A stretch of 64,000 nt of DNA, from contig OZ260663.1 of assembly GCA_965285935.1 (NCBI GenBank), positions 78,926,001 through 78,990,000 on the forward strand, read 5' to 3'. The stretch comes from Ophelia neglecta (taxonomy: Eukaryota). The translations under genes were made by a program, and so were the position numbers. Below the pieces are notes generated by a model that searched no databases, had not been told where the DNA came from, and was given only the letters and a program-made list of their open reading frames with translations. Of the stretch, positions 1 through 12,799 are shown one piece after another. The stretch's first letter is position 1. Every line of letters starts with the position of its first letter.

Positions 1-1549
1 ATTTTTTAGCCAAATCTTACGGACAGTTATAATTTAATTTAACGACTGACAAGTGAAATGACCACTGAAGTCGGATTCTAGGAGAAAATTATATATATTT
101 ATGGCTTATCGATTTCCTAACTCAACACTCGCGAAAATTCTTCACGCATGAAGATTCAGGAGACACATACATGTGTAAATGTAATGTTATACTTCCGAGT
201 GCGTTTGCTTTAAACAATAATAATATAGTGGGCTAAATGTAAAACCAATTCTGGTACCATGGCCATTTCTATAGCTCCAACAGCTAGAACACTTCCGGTA
301 TATGTCGGTCCATGTTAACTATTTGTCGAGTACCAACGATCTCAAACAAAAGAAGAGTTTCAAAGATCAGATCCTGTTGATCGACGCGTTGCTTAACAAT
401 AATGAAATGTATCGGAGTTGTTTCTTCATCTCTGAACGGCTCGAACTGATACTGCAATTACCCGGTTGTTGGAATGTAGAGATGACTCTTTCTTCCAGGA
501 ATCGGGCAAATACCTGGAGCGTAGCAAGGACCTCTTAAATAGTGCGCCAAAATAAAATTATCTGTGATTCATAACAAAAACTGGCAGTTCGATACATGAG
601 AAAAAAGGTTAAAAGTAATATTTTAGTACATCGCAGATCAGCGGGTTACAAGAATTATTAAAAAGTAAAATAGCACAGAGGATTTACGAAAGAAATATAT
701 CAAACATTGACGAGAATAAACAGACTTTGAAATTAGCTAACAAATTACAACGACTAGATTACTCTTGATTGACTAGCGAATATATGACGAAGTCCTTTCT
801 ATATCTTTTGTTTTTTATATTTTGGAAGGGTATAGTTCACTGCGTGTCTCAGATTAAATCTCATGATCTTTTGTTTTGGGATAAAATAGTTTTATTTGGG
901 ACCATGCTCATATAGAGTCAATTTTTTACACATAATAATAAGGCGATCTGAAAATTGTTTGAGTTAACAATTGTGCACAGCATCATCTTAGGAGTCATGC
1001 GTAAAGTTAGTATAGGAAGTGTACCCCTGATGAATCTATCCAGCGAGTCTGACTCTTTTTTTGGCTAGGACCGAGATGGCGCACGGGACACGTATTCCAT
1101 CAGAGGGCGGATGCTTGTGGTGTTAGTAAGGTCATCAGCATGTCTGATTTTTGCCAAATTTGCATTAAATGGTGCACAATTTCTTGAGACTATGACAGGT
1201 TCTAAAACCAGACACATTTAAACTCCAAAATAAAGCATTCCAGTTGGAAAAGCCCGTTTGCTTTTGATACACAATTCAGGTTTAATATTGTGTGGCCGTA
1301 GGCCTATCATTATAATTAAATCAGTGTCACAAGCCGCGAGTTACTGTCTAACCTCAAGTGATTTGACCTATCTTTTTCATGTGTGGGAAACAAATACCAA
1401 TAAATTTATTGCGTTCATGTATATCAAAGGAGCATTAAAAGTTTGATTAAGCTATATAATTATAGTCCTTTGTGCTATACCAAAATTGTAGATCAATAAG
1501 GATCTATGTGGTTCTAAACCTGCATAAGTGTGAAAAAAGGTTTATTTAT

Positions 1550-1584
1550 TTATTTAAATCTTTACCCTGGGACACCCTTTCAGC
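1550..1584 (-). repeat. Possible 3' tail fragment of a LINE/SINE
   Basis: Minus strand reads GCTGAAAGGGTGTCCCAGGGTAAAGATT followed by (TAAA)n, resembling non-LTR retroposon 3' ends; short, no coding support. Confidence 0.25.
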
Positions 1585-3291
1585 GCTGCTGTCGATAATT
1601 TAATTGAAAGTTAAAGACTCCCATTTTTCACATTGAACCAGTATATAATCAGGTTTCGCGTTAAACCCCTAAATATTGTTCGACTCGTGGTCCTTTTGAT
1701 TAAAAATTTGCACTTTCAACTGATATTTACAAACTTGGAGCCATGGCAAACTTGAAACCAAGCAGACATTTCAATTCATGCTTAAACAATTCATGATAAA
1801 TTTCGTTTAATAATTACAAGCCAATTCATTATTTTTTCCTGTACGCATCGAAACAGCGGTTAGAAGGTGCTTTTGCGTGCGACTTCGACTCGTGGTCACT
1901 GTAACATATACCAACAGCTCTCTTTAATAAATTTAATTATTATCTTTAATTTTTGTGTCAAAACAATGCAAAACCATAAGTTGGGACTCACTTGTAGCAA
2001 ATACTAGTGTGTAATATGCCGCTACATGGATGTTATTATTCAGATTAGACAATTTAAGAAAAGTAATTCCCTAAATAAATGCTTGTAGTTTTCGGTAAGA
2101 CATAACATGTTTACTTGCAACTTGAAAAGAATGGCCGCAAGGAACGTGAAACATTTATATTTGTACAATATTTAGTTCTAAACTTTTTTCTCAAAATATT
2201 TAACTGGTTTTGTCAGTGCATTCTTATTAATACATGCATTGACGTCTGAGCTTATGAAGGTATAATTTGACAGGAAACAGCTGTTGGCATAATGGAGTCA
2301 ATTTTTATAGTTACTATTGACATTTTGCCATATGAATCATGTTTCTACTACGCTAAACACGGACGGCAACAAAGATGCGCTCTCTAAGAACACTCCCTAT
2401 ACCGATCTTAAGGCTCTTGAGCAGGGTATGTCTCTAGTGAATAGGCACAACATAATCAGTTTATCCACACAGTGAGGTTAGTATGGCTGTTCGCGTGAAT
2501 AATACCCCCATCAATGTGCTCCATATCATCAGATTTTGCATACAATTATATAATAATCAATACTGCCTTCGAAGCCAGTTTTTAAGAAGAAAATAACCAT
2601 CTGTATTGGTCGGCATCATTCACTAATGCATACGACATTAAAACGCTTAATATTGGTTAGAAAGCCGTATGGGGAGTTGTTTTTAATCTGTTTGGATGGA
2701 GAAAATGGGATTTTGGATGTTTTGTGTGCATGTTCGCAAACGTTGTTTGCACAAGTGTATATCAAGTCGGCACCAGTGTGAAGCAATGTAGTTAATATTA
2801 ACCTTGGTGAAAAGCTCGGCATTTGGGAACTAACAACACTTGTTCCTGTGTGACAAGTCTCTTAACTCCAGTAGTTGGGCCTCATTAGGTGCAGCGGGGA
2901 CAATGTATAACATATAAAACGTATTGAAAAATGGTTTATCACCGCGGCTAACCTTCGTAGATTTTACCATTTTTATACTGGTTCAGGTGTATAAAATTAT
3001 TTGATCCCCCGGATGTTAAGTCCCCCGGAGTCCAAACCCTAGGATAATAAGACCCCGGAGACGTAATATACCAGGGTTTTCTTGGGACCAGCGGACGTAT
3101 CAAACCAAGATTTTGAAACCGGATGGCAATATAATAGAATTTCTTGACCGACGGACTAAAAACACTACAATGTCTCAAGACCGGGAGATTCACGAGTTGT
3201 GATAAGGGATAGTAAATGTAGTTCGGGCCAATTGCAAATAACCTGAAAGTTTGGGGTTATGTATCGAAATGTATTGTCATTGTTCTCTTTG

Positions 3292-3720
3292 CAAGTTCAA
3301 GTTCAAGTTCATTTATTACTCTTCAAACCCCTGGTTTACTAACCTTAAGGTCAACAAAGGTACATTAATTTTATTTTATTCATACAAATACATGCGCGAG
3401 ACAATACTCAATTTTAATAAATTTTTAATATATATTTACCAAATCTAGCCAAATTACACATTTTTTAACATGTTTGATATTGAAAAGCTGAGACATTTTC
3501 ATCATACGGGATTAATAAAATAAAATTGACATAAGAGTTCTTTTCTTTTAAATCAAACAAGACAAACAAACAAAACGTGAAATTCATCTCCTATATCGCC
3601 AAGATTAACGTTACATTTGGTGTAATGTTCAGTCTTAACTTTATATGGTGTGTGAGTCGGCTGTAACACAAGTTGAAACATATTTTAATACATGCCTTCT
3701 GGATATAGGCCTAATCAAAT
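3292..3720 (-). mobile_element. Degenerate LINE 3' end remnant
   Basis: Minus-strand translation near 3565-3625 gives CNVNLGDIGDEFHVLFVC, the C-terminal CCHC-type motif of APE-RT LINE ORF2 proteins. The element ends AATAAA-(TGAACT)3 at ~3292-3316. No intact ORF. Confidence 0.65.
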
Positions 3721-4515
3721 GCCAATTTAGGCTTGGAAATCACTTTTTCATCAATTTTGAAAAAAAGAAACGGTGGGCTATTCAATTTAACGATATAATC
3801 AGACGATAGGGCAATGTTTCTGGTACATATTAACGCTGCACTGACTGATTTAATTTGAGCCTAAGGTAAAATCCCTGTGTCTGGGTCCACCTTGTACCGA
3901 GACTGGACTTTTTTCAATGTATTATAACATGTGGCACTTGTTTGATGCCATCTCTTACACCCATTTTGTGATACATACATATACACCAAGGATGGCTTTT
4001 GCATATGAAAAGGGGCCTTTTTCTAAACCATTGACAAAGTGTAACATATTGTCAGTGCTTAGGGATTACGTTAAACAGAGTCACACATTTTGAAAATTTC
4101 CAAACCCTCCAGTCTTTCGCAATTGGAATATATATACACCACTATATGACAAAATAAGCACAATGACTATATATCTATATGGCACAGCACACAGGCTAGT
4201 CATATCGTGTATATATATAATTTATATCATACAGCTATAAATGAGCCACAAGGATGCTATATTTATCTTAATACAAGGAACTTTATATATAATACCAAAT
4301 ATAATTTTCACTGATAAATAAAGTAAAACGATGCCGGACATGCTTCGTTTGCCACAAGGGATTTGTTTTACAAAGCGGGAGTTTTATTTATCAATATAGA
4401 TAGTGAAAATAAGTAAGCAACCGATTGAGAATACTGTCGTCAGTTCTATTTGAGTTCCTATCACACCCTTCCTAAACCTCGCATTCGTACATAAAAATAG
4501 TCTTACATTATTCTA

Positions 4516-4686
4516 CAGTGAAACCTGCCATAAAGACCTCCTCTATAATCAGAAAACCTGTCAATTCAGACCACCAATAGGAGGCTGTTACTGTATACTT
4601 TCAATGTTTAATAACCTGTCAAACAGACCATCTCCAACATCAGACCAGTATTCTCCAGTCCCTTTGGTGGTCTACAGGTTTCACTG
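4516..4686. mobile_element. MITE, Tc1/mariner(pogo)-like, family A
   Basis: TIR CAGTGAAACCTG...CAGGTTTCACTG, TA on both flanks, internal AGACCA(C) repeats shared with other copies in the window. Confidence 0.8.
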
Positions 4687-6060
4687 TATAGTTAGTAAAG
4701 TAGAGTTAAACGGCTTAGTTATATCTAAGCCTATCTATAACTATAGTCTGGAAGTCTTCCACTCTCGTAGATACACTAGGGCTATCTCATTAAGTCCCTC
4801 ATATAAACAGGTTTTTCAGAAACGTTGTTTTTAATGACACAATTTAACATATTTACGGAGAAATTGAGGTCAAAATTTCGAAATTAAGCTATTTCCGCCA
4901 ATATATTCAAATAAGTTTTTTCGGTCTTTAGTAATATAAAAAGTGAATTAAAACCAATTAATTGTACTCGAATACAACGTGAACAAATCAAATAAATCAC
5001 ACAAAATGAGGTTCCTTTCTTAATACATCCAAAAGTTTGATAGCAGATGGCCAAAAGGCAGTAATACTTGGAGCAAAAATGGCCAACTAGAGACATCTGA
5101 GAATTTCACAAAGAGTGGCATGGAGATCCACATTTTTAAGATTCCTCTGTTCAGTATGTCTTCAGTTATAACACGTTTTTTGTATAACTAGGGGACCAAA
5201 AAATACTTAGTGAAAATAATGGTTGAAACGCTAGATTTCACAGTTTTTAACCTCACACTTGCTAAGTTATGCCATTCCAACTGAACCCCACCCCCCTCCC
5301 CCGGAGGTTCCTAACAGTCTGGAGGCTCCTAAAGTTGCTTCCTGGTCATAGTTTCTATAGCTTCCCTTAAGGAGCAAGCGGCACACCATCTACGAACAAA
5401 ATTCCTCTACCCATGTCCTATTAACCAGGCAGGTAAAAGCTTCCTTTAATAATAAAAAAAAACTGTTCTTCATAAGATCAACAGTTTAAGCCATTTCGAG
5501 AAGAACCTTTTATGTACACCAAAGTTCCTCAGCCTGCCCCCGGAGCCTGCCCGGCTGCAGCCCCCGCGATGTGTACCCCGCTTAACTGAGAAGGTCTGGA
5601 GATTTTTTGGCTCCTGTCTTCACACACGCCATACAACTGCTTCATACTGACTTCTTACCGTTGCAATCCATGGATAAATTTTTCTTCATACCTGTGAAGG
5701 TGAAAGTTAAAATATGTTATTATTTTTAATGTATCAACGTTTTCTTCACCGTCACGCCGAAAATAACAACCCTTCATAATAAATGGGCTATGGACTTTTT
5801 TTTATCTCGAAACTTCTATTAGACAAAGAATGATATTGAGGATTTGAGGGCCATCCCTTATTGTTGTTGTTATCTTTTATTCCTCCACATTAACGGAGAG
5901 TACATATATCAAAACATATCAAACAATGGTGTTTATAAAAGAATATACATAGTGGATATATAAGTGAGTTAACGCATGGCAACTATATTTGGTAACTATA
6001 AGTTTCTATGGTATTTGACCAATGTATTGGGAGAGCTCTCGTCATAAATACTATACATAT

Positions 6061-9000
6061 CTAGGTCTTGTTGTAATTGTATAGAATGTCATTCGTAACA
6101 TAGTTCCTAAGTGCATACCAACACTTTGCACCAACTTTAAAGAATTCATGCCTGTCAATTTCAGAAAGACTAATACCACTGAAAAACTCACAAATAAAAT
6201 CCTCATCGTTCATCATAAAGAGTTTAGTTGAGATCAATGGATGGAGTTTGTCGATTAGCTCCTCCCAGTAGACATCTCTCCTTGTAGAGAAATGCTGGCA
6301 TTCACATACGAGATGGAGAGCACAATCGCGGTAAGAGGAGACACAGTAAGGGCAACTGCGGACAATACCGGTATTTCTCGTGGCCAGTTTCACGAGGAAA
6401 GCAAAGTGTGGCTGGAGTCCACAAGACGTTTTTGCTACCTTCCAAATTTCACACGGCTCGAGGATAAACGGATGGAAAGCACGGAAGGCTATGTAGTCCG
6501 GGTTACCGAGCATTGTGCGAAGTGTCTCTGCCTGGACATAGTCAGCTAGGTGCTCTCTAACCGCGATTTTCCATGTAGAACGGCCGCACCAAACCCCTTG
6601 TTCAAGATAAACAACCAACTTGTCCATTAGGTTTATTCTGTCTAGAAGTGGCAGCAGCTCAGAGCAGTAACCTCTGTGACTTCCAGTAACCTTGAGTGCA
6701 AAATGATGAATACGTAGCCTGAGCAGACGCGAAGGGAGAGCAAGCGGGGGTAGTCGTAATATGGTGGCCAGAAACTGAAGGCGTCTCCTGTCAACCTCGA
6801 CTGCTATGTTACTCATGCCCACAAGTGAAGTTACCTTAGCAGAGTGGCAACGAACTGGCAAATTTTGAATGACTTTTAGACAAAATCGATGAGCAGTTTC
6901 GAGAATGACCGATTCTTTCTTTGAAACACACGTCCAGAGTTCACTGCCGTAGAGAGCCTTGGGAAGGACGACGGATCGGTATAACTTTATAGAGGTTAAT
7001 GGAGTGAGTCCTTCCGGGTGGGTACCTATTCCCACCAGACCAGCCACTTGAGAGCGAAGGGCGTTAGCGGCAGTGTTAGCGCGGTCGTCGGACGTACGCG
7101 AACACATCTTTATCCCGACGTGCGTCGCCTCCCTTACAGGTCGGATAAAGGAATCTCCCATTTTCCAGACTAGGTTATGAGGGTGGTCTGATCGACGAGG
7201 CTTCGGTTCGAACACTAGTATTTTAGTTTTGGAAGCATTGAATTTGAATCGCCAGAGTTTACTATAGTCATAACACATATCCAGCATCCTCTGTAGAGCG
7301 CGAGGAGTAAGGGAGATCAACGCGATGTCGTCCGCCTGTAGGATTGCGCCGCAGAACAAGCCGTTGATAAAGACGCCATTTCCAGTTTCCCTTATTGATT
7401 TTGGTAGCTCGTCGATAAACGCACTGTATAACTGGGGTCCTAGAACACTACCCTGCCTCACGGACTGGCGTATTGCGAATTGTTCTGAAAATGAGCCATC
7501 GTACAACACTACTGCCCACATGTCTGTGTAGGCATTGAGGAGTAACAGCCACAGTCGTCCGCAAATCCCGATGCCGTGGAGTTTCACCAGCAGGCCGTTG
7601 GACCAGACGCAGTCAAAAGCCGTGGCGCTGTCCAAAAGGCACAAATAAATTGTCGAGCCCCGCTCGTTAGCCCAGTGAATGGATTCTTGGACGATGAATG
7701 AAGACATAAGGGAACTCCTCCCTTTTCTGAAGCCGTTTTGGACTTCATCGGGAAAGTTCAGGCTGCGGCCTACTGGGGTAAGCAGCCAGTTGTCCCATCG
7801 TCGAAGCAGTATGCGTTCCCACACCTTATAAAGGACGGGAAGTAGGGAAATCCCCCTGTAATTTTTGCGGTCGTCATTATATTTATTTGCACCCTTATGA
7901 AGGGGTATAATAACTCCCTGCTTCATGTCCTTTGGCACATGACAAATATCGTACATTGCGTTGTAAAGCTTTGCCAATTTTGCCAGTAGAAAGCGGCCGC
8001 CGAATTTTACATGTTCATATACAATTGAGTCTGCTCCTCCACTTTTACCGTATTTTGTTCCGTCAATCGCATTTTGAACTTCTGAGCCGGTAATGGGAGT
8101 ATCCATTATCGGGTCCTCCTCAATAGCTGCCCTGACCTTAATTTCCGCCAACTTTTGTTCAACGTCTGCCCTCTGCTGAACGTCGAATTCGGGATCTATA
8201 AGAAAGTCAAACAGCTTGCTAAAGTGTTCCGCCCATACCATCCTTACGGCCTCGGGGTCTCTCACAATACGATTTTCTATACAGAGTTCGTGGACTTTAA
8301 GCTTGTTTTTGTTGCGCCTGCAGTTAATAAGTCTCCATAGTTGTTCCTGATCATGCTCGGCCGCTTCGTCCACCTCGTGATAAAAGTCGGCTTCCATGGC
8401 AGCGATAAGTCGTCTCTGTACGGCTCGAAAACTCCTTTTGGCTTCTTTATAGTCACAGAATGACTTGTGCTGACGACCCCTGGGCCGACCTTGATGTAGC
8501 CACGTCAGCCGCAGGTTTTTCATGTTGTCATGGAGATGATTTAGGTCCTGCTTTTTCCAGTATGGTTTTATATGAGGAAAAAATTGCTTCACTGGGATGT
8601 GTTTTACCGCACAACTCTGGAGGCAGTCGACCATGGCGGAGTACTCACGGTCGATGGCTCTCTTGCTATCCATGACGGACTCAGGTAAGCTGTTCAGGGT
8701 CTGAGTCAGTTCGTTCTCATACGCCAGCGTGAGTTGAGAACGCACAGCTTTCCGCCAGTTGAGTGACTTCGTGATATTTTTGGGTTTCTTGGTGGACTTC
8801 ACCAAGGGTTTCACGGCCAGGGTCACACAAACTGGCAGGTGATCGGACACGTTGAGATGGTGATCATCAATAATACAAGATTCTGTAATAGTGTCTGATA
8901 AGCGTTGCCGACTGATAATGTGATCGATAAGTGTACGGGGTCCATCCTGATAGGGTTCCCTTGTGTATGGTGGACCAATACATCCGCACTGTACCATCCA

Positions 9001-9693
9001 CGAAACAAGATCCCGTGACCGTAACAGGTAGTCAGCGGCCTCCCGTCTTTTCCGCAATATATATGACTCTATATGACAGGCGAAGCGGTCACCGCTTATG
9101 TTCGAGTTGAAGTCGCCCATTAAGATTACCTCGTGGTTTGAGGAGTAGTAATCATAGAGAGCCTCTACTTCGTTGAGAACACACAAGAAAGGTTCGACGC
9201 CTTGATCCGAGGAGGGGAGATATACACCAATCAGGACTAAGTCCAGTGGATAGGTAAGTTTTATTATTTGTATTCTGTCATGGTCGTGAGGAATGTCTCT
9301 GAGGTGCGCTGTGAGATGGTTTCTCCACAAAAAGGCTGTTCCTCCCATGTATCGTTTACCTGGGCGGCTGGGATCTAAACCTTCGTTACGCCGGTCAAAT
9401 TTGCCCTTGCTGTCGTAGTCATTGTGAATTTGATTCAGAACTTCGCTCATACTTTCGCGTAGCCAGTGTTCTGAGAGAAACAGAATGTCCGGTTTTAAAA
9501 CTTTCAGTAGGTGGTTCGTATAAGTCATGCTGCGGAGGAGACCCTGGCAGTTATAGGCTGCCAAAATTAGCTTATTGTTTAAAGCCATCGTAAGTCCATT
9601 GACCGCTCGCATTGTCATTACGTCGTTGGTGGTTCCTCGCTGTTCCGCGCTCAATCCAAAGTCTGCAATAAGCACTACCAGGCCAAAAGTCAT
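6061..9693 (-). CDS. LINE ORF2: AP endonuclease + reverse transcriptase + C-terminal CCHC zinc finger
   Basis: 1210-aa uninterrupted ORF. APE motifs YNCQG, LSEHW, GDFNS, IDHI, SDHLPV; RT motifs NYRGISLL, QNGFRKGRS, AFDCV, VRQGSVLGP, QADD; C-terminal CPYC...HLVCEC. The true start may be the ATG at 9588 (MALNNKLILAAYN). Confidence 0.95.
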   Translation of the reverse strand: MTFGLVVLIADFGLSAEQRGTTNDVMTMRAVNGLTMALNNKLILAAYNCQGLLRSMTYTNHLLKVLKPDILFLSEHWLRESMSEVLNQIHNDYDSKGKFDRRNEGLDPSRPGKRYMGGTAFLWRNHLTAHLRDIPHDHDRIQIIKLTYPLDLVLIGVYLPSSDQGVEPFLCVLNEVEALYDYYSSNHEVILMGDFNSNISGDRFACHIESYILRKRREAADYLLRSRDLVSWMVQCGCIGPPYTREPYQDGPRTLIDHIISRQRLSDTITESCIIDDHHLNVSDHLPVCVTLAVKPLVKSTKKPKNITKSLNWRKAVRSQLTLAYENELTQTLNSLPESVMDSKRAIDREYSAMVDCLQSCAVKHIPVKQFFPHIKPYWKKQDLNHLHDNMKNLRLTWLHQGRPRGRQHKSFCDYKEAKRSFRAVQRRLIAAMEADFYHEVDEAAEHDQEQLWRLINCRRNKNKLKVHELCIENRIVRDPEAVRMVWAEHFSKLFDFLIDPEFDVQQRADVEQKLAEIKVRAAIEEDPIMDTPITGSEVQNAIDGTKYGKSGGADSIVYEHVKFGGRFLLAKLAKLYNAMYDICHVPKDMKQGVIIPLHKGANKYNDDRKNYRGISLLPVLYKVWERILLRRWDNWLLTPVGRSLNFPDEVQNGFRKGRSSLMSSFIVQESIHWANERGSTIYLCLLDSATAFDCVWSNGLLVKLHGIGICGRLWLLLLNAYTDMWAVVLYDGSFSEQFAIRQSVRQGSVLGPQLYSAFIDELPKSIRETGNGVFINGLFCGAILQADDIALISLTPRALQRMLDMCYDYSKLWRFKFNASKTKILVFEPKPRRSDHPHNLVWKMGDSFIRPVREATHVGIKMCSRTSDDRANTAANALRSQVAGLVGIGTHPEGLTPLTSIKLYRSVVLPKALYGSELWTCVSKKESVILETAHRFCLKVIQNLPVRCHSAKVTSLVGMSNIAVEVDRRRLQFLATILRLPPLALPSRLLRLRIHHFALKVTGSHRGYCSELLPLLDRINLMDKLVVYLEQGVWCGRSTWKIAVREHLADYVQAETLRTMLGNPDYIAFRAFHPFILEPCEIWKVAKTSCGLQPHFAFLVKLATRNTGIVRSCPYCVSSYRDCALHLVCECQHFSTRRDVYWEELIDKLHPLISTKLFMMNDEDFICEFFSGISLSEIDRHEFFKVGAKCWYALRNYVTNDILYNYNKT

Positions 9694-9873
9694 CTCTGGT
9701 CATCTCCTCAACAGCTTCAGGTAGAGCCTCAATAATGGCCGCATAGCCACTTGAACACTTACTTTTTATAACTCTTACTTCTCCGACTGTTCCTATGTTT
9801 TTCCTTCGTATATGATCGCTGATGACTGTTGGATTTGCTTTATCAGTCAAGTTGCCTAGGAACAATTTCACTA
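9572..9873 (-). CDS. LINE ORF1 C-terminal fragment (truncated at the insertion junction)
   Basis: Open frame KLFLGNL...DDFWPGSAYCRLW with an RRM-like start and an FWP..C..W motif; overlaps the ORF2 start and ends at the TSD. Confidence 0.7.
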
Positions 9874-12315
9874 ATCCCTTATTAGTCGCAGTCCTTTAGC
9901 TGATCGGCGTAATTACTATATGAGAGGTAGCCGGTGATATGTTGAAGTAGACTGCTCGGCATTGTGGCTATTGATATTTTGTTTGCTTGTATAATTAGGG
10001 GAAAACGGACATAAATCTAATTCTGACTGCGTGTTTGACTGCTGATTCGACCAATTAAAAATCATCATAATGAATGTGTCATTTTTTAAGCAAGCAAACA
10101 GTTGTTAACAGGCTGTAGGCCTATGAGGGAAAAGGGAAGAATTCTTATTAATCCAGCACCTTTGCAAATGTACTATATAACTCATGCATGCATACACTCT
10201 CGAGACCCTCATCTCATCAAACATATATTACGCGTCTTAATCATTGGAGGCGTTCACTGCATGTGTGTTCTTTACGTGTTCCACATACCGTGTAGTGTTC
10301 TAGAAGTGTTCTATATTAGTGTTCGAATCTTCTACTAATAACACTTAGACACACACAGCACTAAGAGTGTTCCAAATATGTTTAGTGTGTGTTTAATATG
10401 TGTTCTATTTGTCTAAATAACGTTTAACATGAGTTCAAATTCAGGCCCACAACATTATTATTGCTAAACCGAACACTTATGTCATGATGCTCTTCGTGCT
10501 ATGCACATCATATTAAACTGTTTAACTTGAAGTACGCCAATTAAATGAATTCAATTATTTAATAATACTCTACGACAAGAACAAAACCACCGAATAGATA
10601 ATTTTCAGACTGCAAACGGACATAACTTAAATTTAGATCTTACCAATATGAGCTTTCTCACTTGTTTGACTGTTTATTTAACTTGCCATTGATATTTTAT
10701 GCCGTTATTGTATCTTATAAATACGAGTTTTGGTCACTTGTTTGTCACTTGAAAATCAGCACCACTCTTCAATTTCGTTTGACTTTATTTCGTGTTTCTA
10801 TAATAAAAAGAAGCGAAATGCTGGTGATAAAGTCTATAGAGTTGAACATAAACTCGGTTCCATTGGGCCTGTCCGGATACAGTAAAACTTGTCTAAATAG
10901 GTCAACTGACTGGAATAAAACTGTGTCTCGCATCATCAACCAAACTGCTGCTCCTGGGATCAGAGCCTTTTATCGTATCTATTATAATAGAATTTTTCTA
11001 ATTTGTTTATGAGATAAAACCCATGCTCATGCAATAAAACAACAAGACAAAGCAATTAACCCCCCCCCCCCGCCTCCTCCCCTCCGGGAAAAAAGTCAGA
11101 TGCACAATGTTCGATATACTTGATGCATTTCACAGCAGGTCACTTTTCCACCAAAAGTATAATATGAGGGCGGGACTGTTCCCATTCAAGCTTACGAAGA
11201 GCAAAAGGTGGAGCGAGATATGGCGAGAATACCAGGCTGTGCTTATTCTCCTATGTAAAAATAAAAACCGGATGTATTCCCACACCGCCAATTCACTAAG
11301 CTTTGCCGTATTTTTCAACAAAATATCCCGATTCCAAGTTATTTTGTATGCTTATAGAATAGCATGCATATCAAATTTGCATTGCGATAATTATTTTGAT
11401 TATTTTAGATATCAAGCACAGAAGACGTTGCAAAGGCTCTCCTTAGAATTGAGCCAGAGGATGCTCTCACGAGGCTAACACAAGCCTAACACAAGCCATA
11501 GCCGGCCAGTTTCTGGTCGGGGAGTGTCGATTTAATTTATCACGGAAGTGACCCATGGATATCTTGGGGGGGGGGGGGTCGCGCGAAGGTTAGCTTCGGA
11601 GTTTCGCGTGTCATCGTCGGAGGAAACGTGTAAACAACACTGCTGTTGCTCTGATAATTCCTCATTTTGACAAAACTTCCAAATGACCATGAAGCTCTGA
11701 AAAGTTCTTAAGATCGACATAGTAATTCAAGATGTTAAAATGCGTAAAACCGTGGTGTAAAATCGAGGGTATGACCGGTTATGTTTGAAAAGAATGCCAA
11801 GCTATTCAGCTCCACACATGAGGGCCCTTCTTCCACATTCAACTACGAAGACCACAGTAAAGAGATTGTGTATATCGACTTCCAATGACTAATAAACAGT
11901 GTGTATAGTACCTGCGCCAGTGACCCACTTTTATTCAAAGCTGGATATAAAGAAAAGTACCAATCTGTGCAGATTTTCTTTTCGAGGGTGATGCGCTGGG
12001 GGTTGGCGTCAGTGGTGTGATTATGGCTGATCTGTTATTGAATTCACTTGGTTCGATTCTCGAGTAAAAATAACCAACTGTTTGACCAAATATAAGTTAT
12101 CAATCTGTTGACCGCAGACAGGTCACAATTTGAATTGTCAACTACATGCAGTAGTACATATATGTCGGTGATATTTTTCTTAACCTCAGTCAGGCCGCTT
12201 TCATTTTGTCTATATATTATATATGCTTTTGACTTAAAGTGTGGAAGTGCGGAGGCTATGCGGAGGCGAAGGTCATGGGTATTACTGAGTGTCACGAAGC
12301 AAAAAAATGTCAGCA

Positions 12316-12365
12316 AGGTTAGGGCTAGCGTTGGGCTTAATTTTAGGGTTAGAGAAAAAGTTAGG
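12316..12365 (+). repeat. Degenerate TTAGGG-like tract
   Basis: GGTTAGGGCTAGCGTTGGG...TTAGGGTTAG...GTTAGG; short and decayed, probably internal to a repeat element. Confidence 0.35.
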
Positions 12366-12799
12366 AAAATGATGATATAGCTTTGGTGTTGTATCATGAT
12401 CTCGGACTTTACCTCCGAAAGGCTCCGCCGCGCTTTCTCAAAAACCTATATCATATGAATGATTTTGAAGAGTTTTTGATTAAGAAGCACCTTTATTGCT
12501 TTATAAGTGTTAAGAAAATAACGCGAAAATAATCTTCATTGAAATACTAAAACAATTCTAACGGTTACTGTTTGGGAAAGAAGCCGGCTAACTATAGCCA
12601 TGATTTTGCACGTATATATAGATGCATGAAAGACGGCCCCAACAGATATAACTTATCAGGCGTTAGGTAGGAGGCTCTTAGGGGACATTCATAGTTAATT
12701 CATGAGTCGGGTTGGGGTCTTAGTGATTTTTCAACATAAACTGTACAAATAAGATGTCTCACCTCAAATTTCTGGGGTAAATGTTTTTTTTTTTTACAT

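Larger units (their letters stand above)
5863..9873 (-). mobile_element. 5'-truncated non-LTR retrotransposon (LINE; RTE-X-like)
   Basis: Perfect 10-bp TSD ATCCCTTATT at 5853-5862 and 9874-9883; minus-strand 3' end AATAAAAGATAACAACAAC; contains ORF2 and the end of ORF1. Clade inferred from TSD, short-repeat tail, ORF1 and C-terminal CCHC. Confidence 0.92.

Noticed and set aside
6292-9008. Small ORFs overlapping the LINE on either strand
   Set aside because: Antisense or alternative-frame shadows of ORF2.
12316-12365. Interstitial telomere or chromosome fusion site
   Set aside because: Too short and degenerate; only two exact TTAGGG units.
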